In this document: piece by piece, positions 34,908 to 46,041 of the stretch
How positions within the stretch are numbered: the stretch's first letter is position 1
Layout of the letters: the number at the start of each line of letters is the position of its first letter
NCBI GenBank assembly: GCA_032718475.1
Contig: JAUCBJ010002550.1
Span: forward strand, 22,653 to 86,652
Length of the DNA: 64,000 bases
Reading direction: 5' to 3'
Source: Nemertoderma westbladi
Taxonomy: Eukaryota; Animalia; Xenacoelomorpha
Notes under the pieces: model-generated
Seen by the model: the letters and a program-made list of their open reading frames with translations, nothing else
Databases searched by the model: none
Told to the model about the DNA's origin: nothing
Program-made: the position numbers and the translations under genes

Positions 34908-35118
34908 TGATGTGTTTCCCAACCATATATGTAATATAATATATGAGGTCATAATATATATAATGTATAATATAATATCAGTCATCAGTGGGTCCAGTGC
35001 TAGTGTTGCTAGCCTGGTACAGATACAATAGCTATGCAGATATATCAGTACTGCTGTACATACATAGTCCAACCCGTCACCCAAGACAGTATCCAGCATG
35101 GCCTATAAGGATATAACA
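34908..35118 (-). repeat. Gypsy 5' LTR (~211 bp)
   Basis: TG...CA termini adjacent to the TGGCGCAG PBS. Confidence 0.75.
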
Positions 35119-35409
35119 GTGAGGTGAGGAGGAGTGAGGAGATTGGACGATAGTGTCCAGGTGAGAAAAATTGTGTGAGGAGAAAGGGCGATCGTCTAAA
35201 ACAGAGATGCCAGATGACTTGGTACAGCTTAACTCGCAGATGTACCAAGGATGGGTAGTAAGAACAAGCCCATGGGGACTAGTCTGGAAAACTAGTCCCA
35301 AGAAAAATATACCACCCCACATCCAATACTAGATTGGATTCCAGCGGAATTGTAGCGCTCTTTAGGTTGATGCTATCTTCTCACCAGGAAGATAGCATGG
35401 GGGGGGGAG

Positions 35410-36156
35410 TGTGAGCGGATTCAATTCCCTGCACCACCCAGCGGAAAATTGGGAAAGTGGCGTTTTACCAATTATGGTTGATTAGGTGACATTACCAATA
35501 TAATGTCACCTAACAACCAAAGGGGGCAATATACATTCCCAGCTACGAGAAGAGATAACAGGCTACAAGCCATCTCAGGGAAAGCTAGCACGTGCGCACA
35601 GAGAATAGGGAGTGCCAGGGGAAAGAGTAGCCAATGGTGGGGCAGATAGCCACTGTGATTGGAGCGCATCCATTGGTTAGACCAAAGTAGATAGAAGTTT
35701 ATTGTGTGTATTCATATATTAACCGTTGCCATATTGATTGTGCCTTTAGTTGGTTTGTACAGTTTAGAGGTCGAATGGTTTTCAACCGTCGTCGCCAGTA
35801 CTGCTATTCCTATTGTACTGTATTACCGGTACATACTGACATATCTGAGATTAACAACATTAACATCAGAACTCAGCTTATTCTACCGGCCTTTGGCCTT
35901 TCAGCCCCACAGCATTTTAGTCACCAGGAACACGGCGACGCATATCAAACCACGACAAAACCCGATCGGGATTCCTTTGCCAACTCAGGGAATCCCATCA
36001 CAATTTGCTGTACCAGTATCAACATTATTTCCTGTAAGAAAGGTATTTTCATCAGTATTTAAATTATCAACTACGTTATTATTAATATTAACGTTCCTAC
36101 TAAACGTATTGTCATTACCCCCCCCCCCCCCCCCCTCCCCCATACGCCCGGTCACA
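35410..36156 (+). repeat. 3' LTR of BEL-3 (~747 bp)
   Basis: Preceded by PPT GGGGGGGGGAG; terminal inverted repeats TGTGAGCGG / CCGGTCACA. Confidence 0.7.
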
Positions 36157-36319
36157 CCAGTTCTGTGTTTGTTGCCCAGTACCTGTAACTGGAGTATTGA
36201 CAAAGGTTTCCATCACCCCTGGTTCCTCATAAATACTTCCCGAACCAGCTTCGCTCTCTGTTAAACCCATTTTTGCCAGTTCAAATCGGCGCTTTTGTTT
36301 CGCCTACTACTACTAGGAT

Positions 36320-36600
36320 CGGCATGCTGCATTGCAGCTGCATTTTTAAGAATGCTGTGCCGGCTTATCGACAAAATTGCACCGCCACAACTCCCTATCA
36401 CCCATGACATTTGCTAGATCATCCGCATCTTCAAGGCCAGTGTCCTTTAAGATGCGTCTCAAGAAAGTCATGGGCTGTCCACCATGCTTATTCACTCCAT
36501 GAGGCTGCCAAAGTACAAGATTATGCACTGGCTGGTCCTCACGGCGAAAGCAATTTCCTGCAAAGTGGAGGCGATTTTGTTCCAGTGTCAAGCTCGGGGG
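36320..36600 (-). mobile_element. RTE-like LINE 3' fragment (related pieces at ~43880-44010, 46845-47010, 47265-47350)
   Basis: RLHFAGNCFRR...LVLWQP, typical of the RTE RT C-terminus; repeated elsewhere in the window. Confidence 0.7.
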
Positions 36601-37590
36601 AACCAAGAATTGAACACTGGGGAACCCCATTAACTTTAGTTATACAACTTGAGCGCGTTTCACCTATGGCGACATATTGCTCTCTGTCAGACAGTGAGAA
36701 CCAATTGCAGGTACTCTGAGTGGCCCCCATAGCCCCAAGCTTTTGGATTACGGTTTGGTGATCTACGCAATCAAATGCTTTACGCAGGTCAATTAGCACC
36801 ATTCATGTGAGTTGTCCATTATCAATAGACCACGCGTATATGGTTGTCCAATAGCATAATAGATGACTATGTTGAACATCCTTGCCGGTAACTAGACTGC
36901 AGAGGGTTCATAATGTTGTTTGATACCAAGTGGTACACCCATTGGTCGAATACGATGCGTTCTAGAATCTTTGATAGAATTGGTAATAATGAAATTGGCC
37001 GAAAGTTTCCACGAACCAGATTGGATCCTTTTTTCTTGTAAATAGGGTTTAAGCGAGCAGTTTTGTAGATCTGTGGAAATGTTGATGTTTCTATGGATAA
37101 GTTAACAATGTGTGTGAAAGGCTTTACTAGCGAGTCCAGGCCATCCCTAATAACTCTAGCGGGGATTAGGTCAGGGCCAGTTGCTTTGTTGACATCTACT
37201 GTATATTCTGGAATATTTTACCGACTTCAGCTTGTCACCGGGTGAAGTGAGAATGAATTTGTAATAACCCCTTGGACGGAGTAGTAAGCTGGTACTGTAG
37301 CATTGTCGTTATAGAGCCCAGATGGAGTAGGTAACTGGGAAACCAGGTCATTGGCAATATTTGCGTAGTATTTGTTGAACTCATCGCATATAGTCTTGGT
37401 ATCGTGACACACATTATCTTGAATTATTAGTCGATTAATTTGTTTGCCAGAAGCTCCCTATGTCTTTTTGTTGTCGGTCCAATTGTCTTTTAAGCCTTCC
37501 AGAGTTTCTTGGTATCGCCATTTGTATCTTCGAGTGTTTTCCTTATATGACACTTTTTTGGTTTTAATCATGTTATTTATTCTATTCATT
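36590..37590 (-). mobile_element. Decayed CR1/L2-group LINE RT fragment
   Basis: NFRPISLLPILSKILER, VLIDLRKAFDCVDH, NGVPQ; stops and frameshifts. Confidence 0.8.
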
Positions 37591-37669
37591 TAATTTAATT
37601 TAATTTAATATTTCATTTATTATTGTAAAGATGGTTTGGTTTATTATTTTGGTTAGGGTTAGTTGGTCA

Positions 37670-37814
37670 GGCCTCAACCATAACTAAAACCACAACTGTC
37701 ATGTAACCCTAACCCTAAGTCATACATAATCTAAGAAATTCCACTAAATTTCATAGATTATGACTTAGGGTTAGGGTTACTTACAACATGACAGTTTTAA
37801 TTATGGTTGAGGCC
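37670..37814. mobile_element. Short palindromic MITE-like element with TTAGGG-type motifs
   Basis: GGCCTCAACCATAA...TTATGGTTGAGGCC; internal AACCCTAACCCTAA / TTAGGGTTAGGGTT inverted. Confidence 0.6.
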
Positions 37815-37849
37815 GCCACTACTGTAAACCAGCGAGTTTCATACAGTAT

Positions 37850-40263
37850 AAAAATCCAATGGCCGTGTGGGTACCCCAAACTGCATATTCCCACATAATA
37901 ACATACTGGTAACATCAACATTTTTGTAATACAGTTAATGACTATGACTTAAATTTTAGTGATGTTTTAAAAGAAGGGATTAACCTGTTTGTACCGTTCA
38001 GAACACCAAAAAATACTAGTAAAAAAGTTATCCAATTTATGTAAAACGTCTACAACGTGTCAAAAAGCTGCTGTGGAGACACCGCCACACAGCATCTGGT
38101 ATGCGAGAATATAAGAATGCGGCGCAAGCCGCCTCTAAAGCGGCCTACCGGGCAACCTGCGAGAAAGAAACCAAAATATTGAATTCTGGTGACAGAAATC
38201 ACATATTTAAGTACCTAAACTCGAAACGCAAAAACAAATCCGGTGTTGGTCCGTTGAATTACAAGGGCGACACGATTGTAGACGATAAAATTAAAGCCAA
38301 AATTCTAAGTGAAGTTCTCTCCGAAAACTTCACTGAAGATAATAACTCGGTTCCAATATTTACACGTAAAGTTGGTAACAATGTTAATTTGTCTAGTGTT
38401 GGTTTCAGCCCAGTTAATGTGTTAGTTATGCTAAATAAGCTCGCGTCTAAAAAGAGTAGGACCCCTGATGGATTGCCAGCAATTTTATTTGTTAAACTAG
38501 CGTGTTGTATAGCAGCCCCATTATCAGCAATCTTTCGAGTATCATTCGAAACGCACGCATTACCATCTGTCTGGCTGACGGCCAACATAATACCAACGTT
38601 CAAAAAAGGCGATCCGTCAGATCCTTATAACTATCGGCCTATATCCCTTATCTGTATTGCTTGTAAACTCATGGAAATGCGCATTAAACAGGTTTTAATA
38701 GATTATTTATTTTCTCATAAATTAATAAGTAGGGCACAACACGGTTTTTTACATCGTAAATCCACCTGTACTCAAATGCTAGAATGTGTTACTGATTGGT
38801 TCAATTTAATTGATAAACGACAGAACCTGGACATTATATATATAGACTTTGCAAAAGCCTTTGATTCGGTAGTTCACTCTAAATTACTACCAAAGCTCAC
38901 TAGCTACGGTGTATACGGAGATCTGTTTTTATGGATACGTGCATTTCTATGTAATAGAACCCAAAATGTACTTGTAGGTACCGAATCATCGGACTACTGT
39001 GTAGTTACATCGGGAACTATTCAGGGCAGTGTCTTGGGCCAGTATTGTTTCTTTTATTTATTAATGATTTACCTGATGCATTGTTACCTGTATGTAATAA
39101 ACTATTTGCTGATGACCTTAAGCTTTATGCACCGGAGGAAGATTGTGATTCTCTAGCCTCAGCCCTTCAAAACTTGGAAGACTGGACTAGAAAATGGCAA
39201 CTAACAGTAGCGGCGCACAAATGCTCGGTTGTTTACGTAGGTGGAAATAATAATAAATTTGTTTATAATTTAAATGGTGCAGTGCTTAAATCAGTTACCT
39301 ACTGTAAGGATCTAGGTTTAATCGTGTGTACGGACCTCAAATTTGATAAATACTGTAGGGAACAAGTTGCAAAAGCGTACAAAATACTGAACTGGATATT
39401 TCGTAGTGTACTGACAGCTAATATTAAAGCCCTGCTAACAGCATACAAGACTCTGGTAAGACCGTTGCTGGAATATTGCACACCCATATGGTCCGGTCCC
39501 CTTTCACAAAAAAAAGTATTGACCTTGTTGAGAAAGTACAACGGTACTTTACCAGACGATTGTACGCTCGCTGCAAACTGCCGTATGTCAGTTACCTCAA
39601 TCGCATACAGTATCTATCTGTGCAACCGTTAGAGGTGCGTAGAATTATTTTCGACCTCAAAATGTTGTATCGTATAAAGCATGGTTTAGTAGATATAGAT
39701 TTCAATAAGATGTTCACAAGTGCCCCAAGTGCTGGTCTACGTGGTCATAATCATAAACTGTATGTTCCCCAATGTAGACTTCAAATCTGTAAGCATTCAT
39801 TTTCTCACCGTGTTGTGCCCGTATGGAACTGTTGATGCCAAAAGTATAAATATTTTCTCCGTGCAATTATTAAAAACGGACTTACTTACCCACGCAAAAT
39901 TCACTCGTTGATTCCAGTTTTTTTGCTTTACTTTTTTTTATTTTTATTTCATTTTCGATCATCACCATTTTTTATATTAATCACTATGTATACAATTATT
40001 CACACCCATAAGTGCCCTGAGCCTGGGTGGTTCTCTCCCACGACCACTTGTTTTAGCTACCGACAACTACAGTACATTACTTTTTACATGTCCGTGTTTT
40101 ATTTTTATTCGTTTTGCTGTTTACCTTATGTACAAGTTACTTAACTAATGTTGTGTTTGTTTGACCGATTGTTTTATTCGTGTATTGTGTATTGTATTGT
40201 GTAATGTTCTGTTTTTAACTACTTGATCCCTCGTGTAAATAAATAAATAAATAAATAAATAAA
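37850..40263 (+). mobile_element. CR1-clade LINE, 5' truncated, frameshifted ORF2
   Basis: NYRPISL, YIDFAKAFDSV, QGSVLG, LFADDLK, RPLLEYC, LRGH across ORFs 38101-39835; (TAAA)n tail at ~40237-40263. Confidence 0.9.
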
Positions 40264-40787
40264 CATACAGACTGACAGACTTACCAGACAGCCAGAATCA
40301 GAGATTGTACCGGTACCGTATTGTAATATTAATATTTAATGTACTGATGTAGGCCTAGGCCTAATTCTGTAATATCATAATAATGCTGGAATGTTGTACC
40401 TAATTATTAACTACTGAAATAACAATAGGCCTATCTTAATAGATTGCATATTAGGCTTGACTGTCAGACTGTTGATCGAAGGTTGGATTGGAATTGGTGA
40501 TAGCAGGATAGGGGAAGCCACTATCTGACTATACAGCTATACCTTTATACGGTACGTCTGTACGTCAGTACGTTGATTCTCATCCAGTCATCGTGCATTT
40601 ACAGATTTATTTGTGTATGCTGCAGTGCTGCAGTGCTGATAGTTGCGTTACCAGGTTCCCGTTTGCCGTTCCCAGTGCCCAGCTCAGCACCCAGTCCAGT
40701 AATTACCAGGGTCGCGTCTACACTGACGTGACAGGAATGGCTAAATTGTAATAATAAATATAAACGATTATTTCTGCATTTACAAAT

Positions 40788-40922
40788 ATGCCGGGTTTAG
40801 AGGAACAAGCCATTGTTTGGGCTCCACATCAAACAGATGGATATCAGCTTGGAAAAGTCACTGATATTGGAACAAACACCATCACTGTGGATCCTTTCGA
40901 GATGCCAGGAGGAATATATTGT
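40788..40922 (+). CDS. MYO6: Myosin VI, first coding exon
   Basis: MPGLEEQAIVWAPHQTDGYQLGKVTDIGTNTITVDPFEMPGGIYC resembles the myosin VI N-terminus as I recall it (VWAPHPTDGFQMGNIVDIG); phase-0 GTAAGT donor at 40923. Confidence 0.88.
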
Positions 40923-42131
40923 GTAAGTTTACAGTTTAACGCATAACGGGATATACCGGTACCAGTCATCCAGTATACTGATATCTGGATGACAGTCAGA
41001 GTTTATGGTTTATATTGCCTGATTGCTGTATCAGTGTGTTGCATGGTGCATGGTGTTAGAATCTGGAATCCTGGAATCAGAAGGTACCGGTACGATCAGA
41101 CGATTAGGGAGTAAGTAAGATGTTTAATGTTTAATGTTTAATAGTTTGGGTATAAGAAAGCTAATGCTTATGGAACCCGTACACACCAAAAGAAAGTCCA
41201 ACTGAAAGTAATTATAACAGTACCGGTAAGTAATTAAGTATTGCGACCAATACCGACCATGTTTACGAAACAATGACAAAAACATATATAAAACAATTGG
41301 AACATAAAAGGACACAGTTAAATTAAAATAGTGTTCTTATAAAAATGGTTACTAATAAAATGTCTTGCTTGCTAAAGGGTTAAAGTGACGTCTGTAAAAT
41401 CACGAGTATACACAGCAAATTACATAACAGTCGATAAAGTCAGATACATACACTAAAAATTACAAATATACATTAGAATTACTAAACAAATTCAATAAAA
41501 TGACAGTCTATATAGTATCACGAGTATACACAGAAAGTTACATATCAGTCGATAAAATCGGATACAAGTATATCGGTTAGGGCTAATATCGATAGTTTAA
41601 GGGTTGGAAATAAAATATAAAATTAATTTAAAATATCAGATAATCCATAGCTATAAAAACAGTACGGTATGTAAAATAGATCAAGACATTTGAACACTTA
41701 AATTTACATGGATTAGCTAACACTACACGATGAGAAAATAAGTACACAGTTTAAGCTTTAAGGGTTAAAATAAAATATAAAATAAAATTAAAATATTCGA
41801 TAAAATCGTTGTATAGAAACAGTTTGGTATGTAGAACTGATGGATTTAATTAAAATAAAATATTGCATATGAATTGGATTATTTAAGAAATAACAAATAA
41901 CAGTTGCACCATTTGGGTCTATTTAAAAATACGAGCGATTGGTAAGAGATTATACTGTAAGTTACATAAAAATAAGTAGATCAAGTGAAAAATAAGTAGA
42001 TAAGTAAAATAAGATAAAATGGAATGAAAGTTGGTGTTGTAATTAAAAAAAATTTTAAAATATATGATAGATAAAACAACGTTAATGTGATGAAAAAAAG
42101 TTGGTGATTATTAATGCAGGTAATAAGTGGA

Positions 42132-42890
42132 TTATGTGAGGTTCCACCACGAGGGGGTGAATTTCAGGGGTAAATGTTTATAATGAGTGTTCAGCCTGGA
42201 TTTGAAGGTGTTTAGCGAGGGTGAGGTGACTATATTATCGGTCAGTGCATTCCATGGGTCAATGACCCGGAAGTGGAAGGTAGAGTTCCGTTGGAGTAAT
42301 CTCGCACGTGGTTTCTGGAGTTTTAGGGAATGGCCGCGAGTACTGCTGGAGGAGAGAGTAAATAGATGGTCGACTGACTCCAGACCCGACAGATACCGAT
42401 AGACCTGGACGAGGTCAGCGCGGTGGCGACGATACTCGAGGGTCGGGAGGCCCAGTTGCCGCAAACGAAGAGGGTACGGTGTGTCTCGCAGGTTGGCTAC
42501 TAACCGAGTAGCTCGCCGTTGGACTGATTCAATCAGCCGTGTCTCTCCGATCCGATGTGGCGACCAGACAGTGGAGGCATACTCCAGTGTTGGTCGTACG
42601 AGGGCTTTGTAGAGATTGATGAAGATATCCCCATCCAGGTGCTTGAATGTCCGATATATTAATCCAAGAGTTCGGTTTGCTTTTTTCACGATCGTTGCAA
42701 TATGGTGGCCGAATGAAAGGTCATTTTGAAATATAACACCAAGGTCTTTTTCTTTGGATGTCCGTTCTAGAATGTGATCACCAAGTTGATATGGAAGGCA
42801 AGGGTTGTCGTATCCTATATGCATAATTTTACATTTTGTAAAGTTGAAACTCAACTGCCACGTCAAACTCCAGTTGTAAAGAATATCTAA
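42132..42890 (-). mobile_element. CR1-clade LINE 3' fragment
   Basis: WQLSFN..KC, EKDLGV, LYKALVRPTLEYAS.VWSP, TRGHSLKL, SLNTFKSRL. Confidence 0.9.
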
Positions 42891-44078
42891 GTCCTATCTA
42901 AGATAACGGTTAGGATTCGACCGGAGCTGATTTGTTGCTGGAGCTGGTCCCGGACCTGCCTCAAAAGTGCCGGAGCCGGACGCCGGACCTACAGTAATAC
43001 CAATACAATAAACGGTGTCATTACCATTCTGCCATTTAGCAATTGTGGAAAAGGAGCAGTTTCAGAGGTTACACTGTTACACTACTACACTACATGCTAC
43101 AGAGATGGGCATTTCTTACCAAAACAATAAACTGTATCATTAGTCATTACCAATTGAGGGAAAGGAGCAGGTTACAGAGATGGGCATTTCTAACCAAAAC
43201 AATAAACGGTATCATTACCAATTGGAATATGAGCTTCCGATTATGTTATTCCATTTGTCTGATAATCAGATACCTGACATATACCGATATTTGCCTAACA
43301 ACTCCCTGAACTCAACCCTACCGGACCTGAAATGAAAAATCATTGTTATCAGAACTGCTACGCGTAGTTTCAAAATACCTACGTGTAGTTTTAACCTATG
43401 CGTAGTTGTTAAAAAGGCAGTAAGTCTGGCTCTACCGGCAAATGACAGGAATGGAAGTTACAAACTACGCGTAGGTCGAAAAGATTTACCCGGCTGGTGG
43501 GTCTAGGTACTGTCACTGTCTGACTGTGATATAGCCTAGCTACAAAGGACAGGACTACCGGTAGGCGGTAGGTACCTCCTGAGCTGAAGTAGTGAGTCTG
43601 TTACCGGTAGTCCTTGATACAGCAAATACGTTTTCCCATAATACTGTAATAGTAATAAGCGCACTAATTGGTTTGCGTAAGTTATAACATAGTTTGGCTC
43701 CTGAACATCAACTTGCCGGAGCCGGACAAGCTTGTCCGGCCCGGAGCCGGAGCTGATTGTTTTATATGCTGAGATTTCATTCTGTAATTTTACGAAATAT
43801 TTTTTCATTAATATGTGGTGCCTTTGTTTAGTTACGTAATATTTACTTATTTACTACATACATTCAGTACTTCTACGATCGGCATGCTGCATTGCAGCTG
43901 CATTATATATATATATTACCGTACATATATATTTAGAATGCTGTTCCGGCTTGTCGACAACATTGCGCCGCCACAACTCCCTATCACCCATGACATTTGC
44001 CAGATCATCAAGAAATCTTAATGAGATTGCATGAAATTTGAAATATATATTGTTCTACCTCCCTCATCCATACTGGGT

Positions 44079-45146
44079 GCGTCAGAATATTTATTTTCGC
44101 TTTCAATCCTTAACTACAAGCGTTTGAAAAGTAATTAAATAGCCTCGAGACAATGCTAAAAAAAACTGGCCACTTCCGAATCTAATATTCCACTCAATTT
44201 CATTAAGATTCAGATGGGGGTGGGATTGCACTGAATTAAGGCATAACAAATATCTTGTATTTTTGATATTATTTTTTGTTATTTATACTAGCTAGTGTTT
44301 TCTATCTATTGTAAATGGAATTAGCTGCTGTAAATTGAGATTTTTGGTCAAAAAAATCGAGCAAAAAAACATCTCGCAGCTCCAATCCCTGATTATAGAA
44401 AATATCGACGTTGATGAAGTTTTATCAAGTGAGCCAGAAAATGATTACGAATCAATTTGCATTGCTGCTGAAAGTCGAAATGAAATTGTTTTGGGTTTTC
44501 TTACCCACAAAATTATCAACAGAAAAGGTAGTAAGAGGTGCCTTCTCATACCGAACTAATTACAATAATTATTGTTCGCTCTCTCGTAAACATATTTGCC
44601 AAGAATCGATCCAAAGCCCACTCCCAGACAGTGAGAGAATCTGCTGTAAAAGAATTCAAACTGCGTCAGCGTCATGTAAATAATAGCTAAATTATAGAAC
44701 TGTTGTTTACCGGTACTCATCATCATTATTGAAAACATTATAAACAATAAACATTCCACAAGATTAACCAATTATCAACTATTTATTTTCTATTGTCCTT
44801 CTTCATTAATTTGCTAGTAAAAACACAATGTTTAAAAAAACACTGGGGGGGGGGGGGGGGGGAACTGGACGCAAAAAAAATTCATCCCTCTCCAGGGGAA
44901 ATTCAACGCAAATAACAAATGATTACTCTCAAAAATAAATAATAAGTGTTTAGTTTATTGTTTTGGTTAAAATTACATGCCACTGTAACCTGTTCCTTTC
45001 CCTAAATTGTGAATTTAACTTTGAGGCGGGATATTAATTCGCCAAGGCGGGGTTTGCATCCAGTTTTCCCCCTGTCTCCCTAATAGATAGTAATTAAATA
45101 GACGCTTGTAGTTAAGGATTGAAAGCGAAAATAAATATTCTGACGC
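44079..45146. mobile_element. Segment bounded by 45-bp inverted repeats (decayed DNA transposon or inversion)
   Basis: GCGTCAGAATATTTATTTTCGCTTTCAATCCTTAACTACAAGCGT (44079-44123) is inverted at 45102-45146; no TSD found. Confidence 0.55.
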
Positions 45147-45859
45147 GTTAAGATTTGTAGAATAATAATTGGTGGCAAAGTCACTGAATTAAGACACAAT
45201 ATTCCAGATGGCGTAGGTACGCACCAACGAAGTGGAACTGGCATTTACCGATAAAATATAAAAATAGCATACAAATAAGTTGTTTCAAAATTATAATACT
45301 TACTATTGAAATGAATCATAAAAAAATGTTCTATAAGACTTTTATTATAAAATTCTTCAAATATATGAAAAATGATTTAAAAAACGTGTGCCTACTAAAT
45401 TGAGTAGGTAGAATGCAGCTTTCATGGTTGTATATATAGTAGATCATGGTCACAATTCTACAATACTCTAAGTAGTAGGACCTATCTCACCTCCCCCCAA
45501 AACCTGAGATTTTGACTACAGCTTTTCGATACAATAGTGAGATGGGAATGTTGCTTAGCAACACCTGACACTATAATCAGCTTATCTAACAGCGCTGACC
45601 GACGATAATAATAATACAGCTATTCACTGAATAAGTTAAAATAAAATTAATATGTTAAAGACATTATAATTTGTTACAATATGTCGGTTGTATTGTCGGC
45701 CTAAGTTAAAGTACGTCGATATTAACAGAGCGCGTTCAGCCATTGATAATAGTATTTTCAACCAATAATGCCATCAACAAATGCTGTAGATTGAATTGAA
45801 AATCCCGCTAAAAAGGTTGTACTTTTATTACCAGTATTATTTAGCCAATCAAAGTAAAG

Positions 45860-46041
45860 TTAGTAAGTCGTTCGCACGAGTTAGTATGTCGTTCGCACGA
45901 GTTAGTTAAGTCGTTCGCGCGACTTAGTAAGTCGTTCGCACGACTTAGTAAGTCGTTCGCACGACTTAGTAAGTCGTTCGCACGACTTAGTAAGTCGTTC
46001 GCACGAGTTAGCAAAAATATTTTGTCCCTTTAGGGGCTCCA
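45860..46041. repeat. 21-bp tandem repeat x~7 ending in an IS3EU-like terminus
   Basis: CTTAGTAAGTCGTTCGCACGA units followed by TGTCCCTTTAGGGGCTCCAT. Confidence 0.7.

Larger units (their letters stand above)
31044..35118 (-). mobile_element. Ty3/gypsy LTR retrotransposon (Mag-like organisation), 3' truncated within integrase
   Basis: 5' LTR TGTTATATCC..AACACATCA (35118-34908), PBS TGGCGCAG (34907-34900), gag-pol ORF; 3' LTR absent. Confidence 0.9.
24543..36156 (+). mobile_element. Old decayed BEL/Pao element (BEL-3) hosting two nested LTR elements
   Basis: gag LPPVEPFKFDG..EYLR|FRRKY.. is continuous across the GTTCC TSD. Degenerate protease GVVPVRI...MLVESGAAFTL; PELDV | IGR*CP and GWVV after the gypsy insert; G-rich PPT and 3' LTR at 35410. 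Many stops; most of pol deleted. Confidence 0.75.

Noticed and set aside
35704-36264. 186-aa hydrophobic ORF
   Set aside because: Lies mostly within the BEL-3 3' LTR and spans a poly-C run; likely spurious.
37700-37780. Interstitial telomere or fusion site
   Set aside because: Only two TTAGGG units per arm within a short palindromic repeat element.
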